Positions 35,929 through 48,500 of a DNA stretch of 64,000 nt are shown here, one piece after another. Within the stretch, counting starts at the first letter, position 1; each line of letters starts with the position of its first letter. The stretch is from assembly GCF_003704095.1 (NCBI RefSeq), contig NW_020844755.1, positions 62,001 to 126,000 on the forward strand, read 5' to 3'. The position numbers and the translations under genes are program-made. The stretch comes from Pocillopora damicornis (Eukaryota). A model generated the notes under the pieces. It made no database searches, had not been told where the DNA came from, and saw only the letters and a program-made list of their open reading frames with translations.

Positions 35929-38900
35929 ATGATGGATTCGCAGGGGCTAGCATCTTCCAAGGGGCTCCCAGACTTGAGTACAGGGGCTAATGATGATCCA
36001 GCACGGAATTCGAGTGGTACGAACTATATCGTCTTGTTGAAGGACCTTTTTGTTTAATATTTTTTAGCTTCAAGGGGTTTAAGTGTGCTTTTTCACAAAA
36101 CTGCAACGTCATTGTCTAGCTGTCTCATCATGTAACGCTTGGAGTCATCTTTCGCCACAGAACAAGACATGATTTTAAGAAAACATTTATTAGAACGAAT
36201 TCGATGATCAAAATCAACCATGTCTTCAGTAATAATAACATAGATTGCTAATTTGAATGAATTTCAGTTCATGAGACGCCATGTTGACGAACAGGGGTCA
36301 AATAGCTATTTATAGACAGTTTCTTTTAGAGAAAAATTATACGCACAGCATTTCATTTTATTTTGTCATGTAACAGAGACACAGAGTTGATCAAAATCAC
36401 AATGATATCCTTATATTAACCTCCAAGATGTCCAAGGCAACATTTGCTTGATTGAGAGAAACCAATATAATTTTGAATTACACTATACAATCAAAACTCC
36501 GAGTTTCAACAGCCATTTGACGTGACGTTGCTTAAATTAAAAAAATTTGCCTGAGAAATTACACTGGCAAAAAATCTATCACATCCCGATCTACAATTTA
36601 TCCAATGCCCCGTTCCCTGTCTTTAGACTAACATCCTACCCAAGCAAGTTAGGAAGATATCTGTAGTTGCTTCTTGTTGCAAGACTATGAGCACACCCCC
36701 CTCTTTTCAGTGAAGTCCATTGTACAAGTCCAAAACAAAAAAAATCGGAAAAAAATTGATGCCAGTGCCCTGAGGGAAGCTTTCACTCCCTGAGCTGCCT
36801 GCAGCATGCTTACATCAACTTCTTTTTCACCAATCTTTTTGTACTTGTGTGAGGGACTGTGTCGAAAGGAGAGACTACTCATAGTATATCTTGTTGTGGA
36901 AATTAAGATAAGATCTTACAAATATATGCAAGTCACAAGGCTTGTTGGGTTGAGATAAACTGATCAAGTTATTCTTTTCCCTTTAAAAATGAATTCATTG
37001 TCCTAAAATGACTTCCCTTTATCTCAAATTGCAGAATATTGTGTAAAATGTACAGAGATATTTTATATCAGCTACAAAAAAATTTCTTTAATTTTTTTTG
37101 ATATATCTGCCTGATATTAGATACAGATTCTGAACTTCTGAAAGACAAGGAAGTGAGTGAAAGAGACAACAAGAACCATTCATCTCCTAGTCTAAGCCAG
37201 ATTGAATCATCATCTGCGAGTATTCTTCAAAATGAGCTTTCTGTTCCAACAACAGATACTGGCTCAAGAGACAATAAATATGAGAAATATCTGTCCAATG
37301 TGTCTACAGAGTCCTGTGAGAGGGATCAGGTGCACTCAGTACAAGATTGTTTTATGGTGGACAGTAACATGGAAGAGCAACTGTCATCTCACTTTCCCCA
37401 TGGGAACACTGTGAACTCTGAGGAGGAAATGGAGATCACATTCCAACCCTCTGTGTATGGGGAAATTGGAGACAAAGATATTAATTCCTTTCCTAATGAA
37501 GGTGTTTTGTTGTTGTTGTTGTTTTTTTTTACATGTTATAATATAAATTCTTTTTGAATTTGTGAATAATAAATGTTACACTAAACCCTTTAACTCCCAA
37601 GATCTGATTGTTAATTCTNNNNNNNNNNNNNNNNNNNNNNNNNNNNNNNNNNNNNNNNNNNNNNNNNNNNNNNNNNNNNNNNNNNNNNNNNNNNNNNNNN
37701 NNNNNNNNNNNNNNNNNNAGTTCCCTCCTGATACCTTACCACAGAGCATCATTTTTGTGATGAAATAAATCAGTGGAATAGGAGGCCTTGCTAGGTTAGG
37801 ATTGTACAGTTACAATCTGTAAATTTATGCATAATCATAAACTGACCATAGGGTTTTTCCTTTTTTTTCATAGCAGTGCAGAACTCTGATATAGGCAAAG
37901 AATCCCATGATATTGCCTTAAAGGAAGCACAACATGAAAACCAAGATCAACCAACCTCTGAAGTTCCCTTAGAGAATGCTACCTTACTGCAAGAACAAAA
38001 TAAAAATAACCTGAGGGAGATCACGATTCAAGTTTACCCAGGACATAACTCCACTATATCTCTAGTGAACAATGCAATCCTCACCACTGATGTTGGTACC
38101 TTTTCAACACATGTGCCTGCAATCCTAACAGAAGGTGATGCTGAAGATAGTGAAACCCATTATCAAGTTGTTACGACCAGTTCTGCAATGCTTAACCAGG
38201 CAGATGGGAACTCTGCACTTGATGTGTTGACATCATCAGCAGACTTTGGTAGGAATGTCATTCTGACAGAACAGCAGCAGGTTCTGCTGAGTGGAATGCT
38301 TGTGCCTGGAGTCACAGCAAACCAAGCAATTCAGATAAACATGTCACATGATGCTAATACATGTATTGATGTGAATGAAATTGCCCAGGACAATCAGGTT
38401 TGAAAGTGAAACTTCTCTGTGTAAAAGCCACTCCTTTATTGAACAATTAACTCACACTACATCTTTCTGAGCCACTTTTAAGGATTTGATGTAGATCCCC
38501 TGTTGATAAGATTTACTTGTATTGACTAAGTGGGGAACTGGAAGGGAAATTGAAAGTATTTAATATAGACCTTGTTGCGCTCAGTCTGTATGTCATGACA
38601 AGCACAAAATATTCTCCTGTTAAGCCTGACCTAACTCAGTCTATGAACTTTTATCATATGACTGCCATTCTTTCTCTTTCTCCCTTTTTTTTATGTATTT
38701 TGCAACTTGCAGGTCTGAACTTAGGACTGTGTGGTTGTTAACAATGCCACCTGCACTATTGCATACAACACTTGCAATGGGATTTTTTCCATTTTTTTTT
38801 TTCTACAAAGCATGTAAGGTGTCATGTGGGTGACAGAATAAATTTTATTAACTGTCATTACTAGAGGGTGACCAATACAGAAATGCATGGCAGACAGGGG

Positions 38901-41900
38901 AGAACATTGATGTTCAGATAATGGGAGTAAGAGGGTTATACCCATCAGAAGAATTTGAATACTTATCAGTGTTTTTTCTCTTTGTTGTCAATAGGAGGAT
39001 GAGTGTGTTGATGGGAAGGGGCACCTTTGTCCTCATCCTGGCTGTAATAAAGTCTGTGCCAAAGCTTACAAACTGAAGCTGCATATGCTGTCGCATACAG
39101 GGGAAAGGCCTTACAAGGTACAATAAACATTAGTCTGTTTTAGTTTCTGTTCCAGCTTGCTTATGAGTACTAGGGTGCAGCTTGGTACATAACTCTCTAA
39201 CACTTGAACTCCCATGTGAGTGACCAAGACAGAATTTCTCCATACAATTTCAATATTATATCAAGCAGATAGTTGGTGAGAATAAAACAAAAACCAATTA
39301 GAGGATTGTAAGATGATCCAATAGCAAATTCTCCAAAGTAAAAACATGAGATTTGTATGGAGATAGTAAGGAGAATTACTTATGAGATCTTAAGAGTGAA
39401 AGGGTTAAGATAGGACATTAGACCAGCACACAATCCAAATGATCCTAGCCTTAAGTTAGGGTCAAGTCACCATTAGGTAGATGCATGCCTCATTTCAGAT
39501 ACAAATTGGCTTGAATCTCATGTCAGACTCCAATCTCTTTATTCCACACTTGACTTATTCCACACTAATGTGAATTGCTATTTTTTAAATGAATTGTACT
39601 AGCAATGTAAGTGCATACACATACATGCACATGCTACGTTGAATATCATTTGTAGTTTTAATTTATTGGTTAATTTTGCCATTTTAGTGTCCTCATGAAG
39701 GATGTGAGTGGGCATTTACCACAGCATACAAATTAAAAAGGCATGCCAGGGGCCATACTGGAGAAAAACCTTTCCTGGTAAGACTTTTTTTGTCGTTATT
39801 CAATGATAGTTTTTGAAATGTTTGAAAACTTGTAATTATTTCATCAGATAACCCTAAAATGTTTCACACTAACAGAGACGAAATGTTGCTGAACTAGAAA
39901 ATTTTCTAACAAAGAAACAGCAGTCTTGTTTCAATTACAAAGCAGACAGCTGCATCCCTGTAGCAACTACCAGTACAGGTTTATTAACTGCATCCCTGTA
40001 GCAATTACCAGTACAGGTTCATTAACATCATGACAGCAGCTGACCTGTATCATTGGCTCTCTCACTCAAGTCACCTACTGCGGTAGCTTGCCATAAATCT
40101 GTTCATAATATTTCTCATAACCTGACATAATTTTTGTTTCTATGTTACAGTGTACTCATGAAGGATGTGGAAAATGCTTTACCACTGCTTACAACTTAAA
40201 AACACATATGAGGGCGCACTGCAGGACAGACACATTCATGTGTGGTTTTGAAGGATGTGAAAAGACGTTTCCAACAGAGCACAAGTTAAAAGTGCATGAA
40301 AGGAAACATGCCGCCGAATACAAACCTTACAGGTGTGAGGTGGAATCATGTGGCAAGATGTTCGCTGCTTTTAGTGCTTTGACCTCACACATGAGAATTC
40401 ACACAGGCGAAAAATCTCATGGATGTCCTGTAGAGGGATGCGAGAAAAGATTTACTAAAGCATCCAAGTTAAAGTTACACTTGAGGTCACACACAGGAGA
40501 GAGACCCTTTCCTTGTGAAGTTCAGGTACAGTTTACCTCCAGCTCTTGTTGTTCGAAGGTTGGATAATGCTATCTACTGGATAAATCTCTATCCATTGGG
40601 TAGAGCATTACGCTTTGCTATGTCTTATCTGGTGGATAGCAATTTATCTCAGTATTGGACACATAGCGTTTTCTGTCCTTGATACACTTGGGCCCAGTAC
40701 TCTTCTTTTTCTCCACAGTTCTAGATAATTTTGAGCCACGTTTGATCCCAATGCACTGACTGTTAGTGGAACCACACGCACACTAGATATCCAACACAAT
40801 TTTTTTTTCAATTTATCCCTTTATCTCTAAAGGGTTGTGGCTGGTCATTCACAAGTGCCTACAAACTCAAGAGACATATGCGCAAACATACTGGGGAGAG
40901 ACCTTTTGTGTGCAATTATGAAGGATGTGGTAAATCTTTCACAAGATCAAGTCATCTGAAGACTCACAAGCTTGTTCATACAGGAGAAAAACCTTACATT
41001 TGCCCTTTTGATGGTAGGAAACGTTTCAATGAATTATTAAGAGGGATAGAGATGGCCAAGAAATGGCACTCTGACTTTAGGCCGCATCCCTAGGCGAGGT
41101 CTTGAGACAGTGTGTCTCAGCGTATATAATTTTACCATGGATATCCCGCTTTGTATGGAATCTTATTTGGTAAAGGGCTAACGCTAAAAGAATCAATTTT
41201 AGAAACTCTTTACGGTGGCCAAGTTACATTATCAACTCATTTGATAAACCAGATTATCTTGTCATTATCTTTATTATCTTGTTGGCATTGGTATTGTTGT
41301 TCAACAAATATCATGTCTGATCCACAATGAGTACACGCTGTGTTCAACTGACATTCACCTTAACGTTCATTTCATATTTATCTCTTTATTTTAATTTTTT
41401 GTTCCGTTTAAAGGATGTAGCAAGGCGTTCACAGCTAGCAGCAGCCTGAATGTGCATATTTGTAAACACACTGGTCAAAAGCCATTCAAATGTAACACAG
41501 AAGGCTGCAATAAGACATACACAACGGCTGCTAACTTAAGAGCGCACCAGAAACGGCATGGAAACAAGGCACTAAGAGGTAGGGTGATGAGCTTTCTTGG
41601 TAACGTAAAAATGGACGTTCGCAAACTGGGAGGAATTACACGCAGGTTGGGATCTTTTTAACGGAAAGCCTCAGCTTAAAACATCTTCGACTTCTAAATA
41701 TTATTTTATTTGAATACAAACACGAAAGAGGAGATAATGAACCAACTAGGAACAAAGATGACAACGGATGGGTGGAAAAAAAAAACAAGTGACAAACTTA
41801 AAAAATCAAAATATGATACTCTTTAACAGATGAGTATATTTCCAACTTCAGCAATTTCTCTATCATGGATATTCCTTAAGGTGATTCCTCAGAAAAAAAA

Positions 41901-44550
41901 TTATCGAACAGTTTTTTTTTAAACTTTCCTTAAATGTTACCTAACAAACCTCGAAAAATACAATAAAAAGATAGATCACCGTGCATGTTTAAGAGATATA
42001 ATGGGCCCAACTTACCCCCTTTATACCTGTAATCGCGCGCGTCATTTCATCGCTTCACGATACGTTTTGCTCCAGCTGGAAGCAAGGGTTTTTAAAGTAG
42101 CACTCGAAAAAAACTTGATAGGTAGAAAGTCTCGAGGGTATGGAACAATTTGATTTATAATTTGTGGGAAAATTACGCAAATTTAAACGACATGCATGTT
42201 ATACATCCTTTGAAGGCGCAATATTTCACTTCCCTCAGTCAGGTTTTCTTTTGGAAAAAGGGGATGTAGCGTTCTTCGTTGAACTAACTTAAACAGTAAT
42301 GATTATTCGCAAAGAAAATCAAAATAATTTCAAACTCGTGATAATACATTTTAAAGACGTATTTTGGTATGACTCGTGCCATCGTCAGGTTATTGTGGCA
42401 TGCGTCATGCCGAAACAGTTTGTCTTTTAAAAGTATTATCGTGAGTTTGAAATTTAATGCGATTTTCACAAAGTTACGGAAGTATCTACAAGACTTTTCC
42501 AAAATGCCAGATAGCAGGCACCTAGAACCTTTTTTTTTCTGCAAAGTGAACTTATCTAGGTTAACAATCACTTTTCACTTAACCTCTCTTCAGCTCTCTT
42601 TTTCTCTTCTCAGTTGTTTTTATCTTCCCTTCTCTGGAAACGAGGGAAAACAGATCCGTAGAACTAGTTTCCTATCTGCTACGCCATCTGTGTGGTCTCC
42701 TTAGAATGGATTTTCCTCCTTCTTAAACTTGTATGTTGTTATTACCTTGCAGTTGATTTCACAGACTCGTCTCAGGGTGCTTTGGCAGCTGATCTCAGTG
42801 CAGTTAGCTGTGGAAGCATTTCGAGTGAAACCGAACCAGAAGTCTTGTATACTACAATCGGCGCTTTTCATTCAAGTAATTTTAGCTTAGAGGATGCCAC
42901 GAGACTTTCATCTGTAGGTGTCCATTTACCATCGAGTGCCCTGTGTGCCCTGGTTACTTCCACAGGGCACCCACTCGTCTCACCTACCACCGAAGTAGTC
43001 CTGGAAACTGAGAAGAAGCATGCAGATGACGGAGAGATAAAAACAATTTCAGGAATCCAAGTACCCGTTCAACAAGAGCAGTTTGTTACTGAGAGTTTAG
43101 AGAGCACCTCTAAGATAGATGTGTCTGAGTTTGTGGGAAGAAGCACAAATGATGATCAAGACTCTATTTCTCATCATCCTGTCCAAGCAAGAGCTGAAAT
43201 GATTGGAGGAACAGTTTTGGAAGGAAACAAGCTCACTGGCGGGTTTGACTTGTGTATAACCAGCATGATGAGTCATATAACAAGTGAGGCAGGTCAGGAA
43301 GGATCAGGAACTACCACAAAAACTTTACATGCTAGTGCCTCTAGTAAAAGATCGCGAAGTCTTGATTTCAGAGATGTGCACCCGGAGGACCAGTTTGCCC
43401 CACCTGCTGTTATATTTCAGGTTAGTTATCTTTTCTCGCCGTTCTTTATAAAGCACTTTTCGATTGAGTGTCGTAAAACCAGAACCAAAGTGATCACAAC
43501 GGCCAGTCAGAACAAAAAATTATATAACCAGAGCCAAGTTCGAGCTTGAAGTGAAAACATATAAATTTCTTGAAGCGCGGGAAAACGCCAATGATCAAGT
43601 CGGGATTCTTTTTAGTTTTGCATTGGTGGAGAGGGTTGCACGTATTTTGTGGACCAATCACAGGGGAAAGTAAAGCAAACCAATGCAATTCCAAATCCAT
43701 TTCGACGCTTAGTTGAAAACTTGCTCTATTTCTGAGTATGATTGATGTAGCTCGAAAGGTTTCCGGATTTCTATTCTCGAATAAACGTGCGGAACGCTTC
43801 GAGGAATTTTGGACAGAAGAATTTTGTAACACCCAGGAATTAATATCAACCACTTTCAATTGTGTTCAATTTTGTTTTTATTTATTTTGCTTTTGTTATT
43901 TATTTATTTATTTTTCATTCTCATTGAGAATACAATAAGCAATCATAGGATGAGGTTGCGCAGGATATCGTAAATTATAAAAACCGAGGTCTGAGTTATT
44001 CGCCGAAGCAGATAGCTGTCCATTCGTAGAATGGAATTTTCCATGGCGGAACTTAGAATGTTTTCCTTTCGGTTAGAAGTCAATACGGACATCCGATGAT
44101 AGAACAATGTATTCCTCATCGCTTGGTTTCTTTCTTTAGGATGAAGTCAAGTCTTCAGACACCGAGAATGAAGCTGAGGTATTAGTGGCCCAAATCCAAC
44201 GATCCCCGGAGGGTGTTTCCACAGTACGACTCCCTAAGGAGTCGCTGCAGATCAATTTACCCCAGGGGTTAATAACTGACCCGTCGGCGGTAACTATGGT
44301 TCATATGTCTGGTACAGAACACATGGAGGTAGACAGCAATGATACCACATCTCATGTAACAGCACACGATGTGTCCTCGGATATTTCTCTAGTACCCATT
44401 TCTTCTCTCACAGATGTAGCTGATGAAAGAAGAAGTCTTGGAAAAGGGGACCTGTCCCCTTATTTGGACAACCACAGCTCGTCAGAACAAGATGAAGGCA
44501 ACGGTGATACTTACCCAGAAAGTACAATTAACTTACAAGATCTGCGTTGA
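35929..44550 (+). CDS. ZXD-family C2H2 zinc-finger protein (10 fingers), ~10 exons
   Basis: Exons ~35929-36016, 37121-37501, 37874-38398, 38995-39117, 39688-39777, 40151-40526, 40833-41012, 41414-41578, 42753-43420, 44140-44550. Ten CxxxxC fingers ([35 protein letters not shown]) and C-terminal STINLQDL resemble ZXDA/B/C. The first exon is less certain. Confidence 0.88.
39951..40025. repeat. ~38 bp tandem duplication
   Basis: ctgcatccctgtagcaa(c/t)taccagtacaggtt(t/c)attaa occurs twice. Confidence 0.85.
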
Positions 44551-45534
44551 TAAAGAAAGGAGGAAACTGTGAAAGAAAAGCAGCACCTAATTAAACTAAT
44601 GCAAATAAATTTTGATACTAAATAAATAAATGTACAGAATTCCAATATATAATACGTGGTTATTTGAGTAGAAATAACTTATTTTAACACAGTTTCTGAA
44701 GAAACTTTTTTGTCACAAGAGAGAATTTTCAGTGCTGGAACAAATTGTTTGGCGTTGCTTCTCGAGGGGATCATAGTGAACTGCGATATCACCGAGGTAC
44801 TTTTGGGCGGGTGCAAAACGGTTATCCTTACTTCAACAGATCTTTCACTGCATCCTCAGTCCCACTGGCTTAAACCTGAAGGCTTACTAATACGATTCGG
44901 CTTATTCATTCAAGTTACACGTTCACTAGGTCATTCTATTATTCATTCAGGTGATACGTCAAATTAAGACTGAGTAGGAGAATCATTAGGCGAAAGTCAC
45001 ATCGACAAAAACTCTTGTCTTTGCGATCGCTGCAACAAGTCGCACTTATTTGACCCCTGGTGTGTCCTCATCTGACCAACCAGGAAGTGCACACAAACTA
45101 TTTTAAATAGCTCTTTGTTATACTGTTAAGGCGGTATAACGGTAGCCACTAATCTTGGTCTTCGCCATACGCGCTTCTGTGACGGCTGTCACTCAACAGA
45201 ACTTGGTCACTGCTAAATCAGCTAAATCAGCCAAACTTTTCAGAAAAAATGTTAAAAGTCAAATTATTTTTCCCTCGATGGTGCTACCCTGTTTAATCCG
45301 AATCAGAAACAGAGGATACAATGTATATGCTTTACGGGTAACACACTCAATAATTTTTTCACTATCGTTCGACCGCGAGAAATCCTGGAAACTAGTTGCC
45401 TTGCTATATGTGTCGTGTAAAAATAACACGATGTCGCGTTTCAACAGAATAGGACTCTTCGTGACGAGAATATAAAGCACTTTCTCGCTTCAAGCCACAG
45501 TTTATTAAAAAAAGAAGTACTTTGGCTCGTCATA

Positions 45535-48500
45535 ATGGGGTCTGAAGTTGATTGTTCCGGAGTATCGAGAGCAGTTTGGCTTGTGAAGGTAAAGTTGGTA
45601 TAATTTAAACACTTTCAGACTTGTGTAGAAATCTTGTTTTCCATGTGACATCAAGGGCAGATAGTTGGAGAAACGGTTTCCATGTTAGTTCATAATATCA
45701 TTTTAATGTGATATACTTACTGGATTAACTGTTTTCTTCGTTCAGGTACCAAAATATCTGTCTAACATTTGGATGGACAACACTGATGCTTCTGGAATCG
45801 TGGGAAGTCTTCAGATAAGCAAGTAAGATGGCAACTTCCGGCCGGTTCATTTTTCAAGAGGAACGTTTAAATTGATTCAATTCAACTTAAGATGATTCAC
45901 ATTTAAATGTTGCCTATTCTAGTGATTATTTGATAGAAATCGATACTCCACTTTAAACGGTATAGACTTTGATATCTTGGGGATCACAAACAGTATTTGA
46001 AGAAAATTAGTTTTGTATTTTAATTAGTATAATTCAGTTGTAGAACCCACATCATATGATAAGCTGAATTACGCACTCATTTTAAGTGGTTGTTGTTACA
46101 TGATCAATTGAAGCACAGATGCCTAGATCACCTCCCTATTAATAATACTTTAATAATACTTTATTATATAAAGTAAATAGATTCTATATTGCTGTGGGTC
46201 TGTACTGAAATAGATCACAGTAAACAGGTGGCTGCCCTTTACATGCCATGATTTTGTTCTCACCACCTTTTCATGTCACCTGTGATCTATTGCTGAACAA
46301 ACGTACAAGAACATGGAATCTATTTGCTAAATGAAACATGCCAATGATACAAAAATTGATTAATAATTGTTACTCACAACATATTCCTTTGAAAATTGGT
46401 ATCTATTTCTAACAAAATTCTTTATTTCTTTCAAAAGTTATTGATCATAGATTTTGTCAGTTGAGCATGTCCTGAATTAACTTTTTTGACTACATTTACA
46501 ACATAATAAATCTTGCTTTAAAGCTTATGAAACTGCTTCTTTTATCAACAGCAATCCTCAGAGAAATGAGGTATGTGGTAGATTATCCATGTTCTAGTTT
46601 TTCTAGCAAGTGATATTATTATGTACCAATAAAAAATTTGGTAATGATTATGATAATGATTATTTTATAAAAATGTGAAGGAAGCTCTCATCTTGTAAAT
46701 GAGTTTTAGAAGTCTGGCAAATGGTATGAATATGGGTAATTATTAAAAGAGGTTTTAAGTAATGTGTTAAATATCTGCATTCACATTGAAAGGATCTTTC
46801 CTCTTTATGTCCCAGTCCCTCTCAGGTTACCCCCTTCTCAGTCCTCTGTTCCCTTGGGAGTAAAGAAAGGGAGGGACCCAGTAAATGAGGTTGACATGGG
46901 TGTTAGGCCAGATTCCAGAAAAAAGATGAGCACTAGTAACTGATGTATTGAATAATTATCAGACTACAAACGATTTATCTTCAAATCCAAAGTCATCTTA
47001 AAAGCATGAATATGTTTTTATATATCTTTGTGTCCTCCCACATTGTTGGTGAGGGAAAAGCTAATCAGTAATTTTTTTTTCAACTAGTTTGGTTGCATGT
47101 TTCAGGTGGCATTTAATCTGTCAGATGCATTGGCAAATAAGGAAGACAACTCCAACAAAGATGGCCAAGACAGTACAAATAAAGACGGAATAGGCAGCTT
47201 CAAGGTTCCCAGGGAGTACAAGATGGTTTTATCTAAAGTCGAACAGTCAATGGGAGTGTTTTCAGAAGGACCAGGAGGTTATATTTTAAGATAGAATGCA
47301 AAATGTCCTCATGACCCCTCACCCCCAAGATCTAAAAACCAACTCTGTGCAGTTTGGTGGATATTTCTTTTAATTTTTGTATTTAAAAATTTGGTCTCTG
47401 GTGAAGCCACATGACATGAGTATTGTTGATTGGCAGAAGTTAAAGTTCGAATGAAGCAATAGCAATCATTTCTGATAAATACTCGCATGTTTAAATTGTA
47501 CATTATTTTTCCATCAATGCTCAGACACTCTAAAATGTTCTCATCTATTCATTCAAAATAATGTAATTCTATGGTCAAGTACGGAGGCGTGGTGGCCTCA
47601 TGGTTAGTGCGCTCGACTCCTGATCAAGTGGTCCGAGTTCAAGCCTTGGCCAGGGTCATTGTGTTGTGTTCTTAGGCAAGACACTTTACTCTCACAGTGC
47701 TTCTCTTCACCCAGGTGTACAAATGAGTACTAGCAAATATGCTGGGGGCAACCCTGCGATGGACTAACATCCCATCCAGGGGGGAGTAGCAATACTCCTA
47801 GCCGCTTCATGCGAAGGAAACCAGAGTTAAGCACTGGCCCCATGGGCCACTTAGGCCTGTATAAAGGATTTTCTTTACTTTTTTACTATGGTCAAATATT
47901 GCTTTTCTTTCTCTCAGCCTCAGTGGAAGATGATGAAGAAGAAAAAAAACCTAAAAAAAGTGAGTAACAACATTGTCTTAAATATCCTGGGTGTTTAATG
48001 ATGTTTCAGTTGATCATGAATGATAAACCAATTAATACTGAGGCTATTGAACCCTCAAACTCCCAGAAGTGACAAACATGTAACTTTTCCCTATAATATC
48101 CATACATTATCCAGCAAACAGGTAATAAGTATACTCAAACAGGTAGAAATTGTTATCTTGTACTAACACCAAATTTTTATAACTAATTTTCAAGGAAATG
48201 TGTAGCAGCTAAAGGGAGAATTAGCAATCAGATCTTGGGAGTTAAAAGGTTGACCCTTTAACTCCCAGAAGTGATTAACATAAAACTTCTCCCTACAATA
48301 TTCATACATTCTTCAGCAAACAGGTGATCAGAATATTCAAACTTATCAGGTAGAAGCTGCAATCTTGATCTAGCACCAAGTTCTCATAACTAATTTACAA
48401 GGAAATGTGTAGCAGCTACAGGGGGAGAATTAACAATCAGATCTTGGGAGCTAAAGGGTTAAGGGACTTAAAAAAAGTCTTTAAAACAGTCTCTTGAAAG

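Noticed and set aside
44890-45000. RNase P/MRP RNA (ttcggctta and gcgaaagtc motifs)
   Set aside because: The motifs are in the wrong order and cannot form P4.
47583-47660. tRNA gene
   Set aside because: A and B boxes are present, but there is no proper acceptor stem or terminator, and it continues into a SINE body with tail and TSD.
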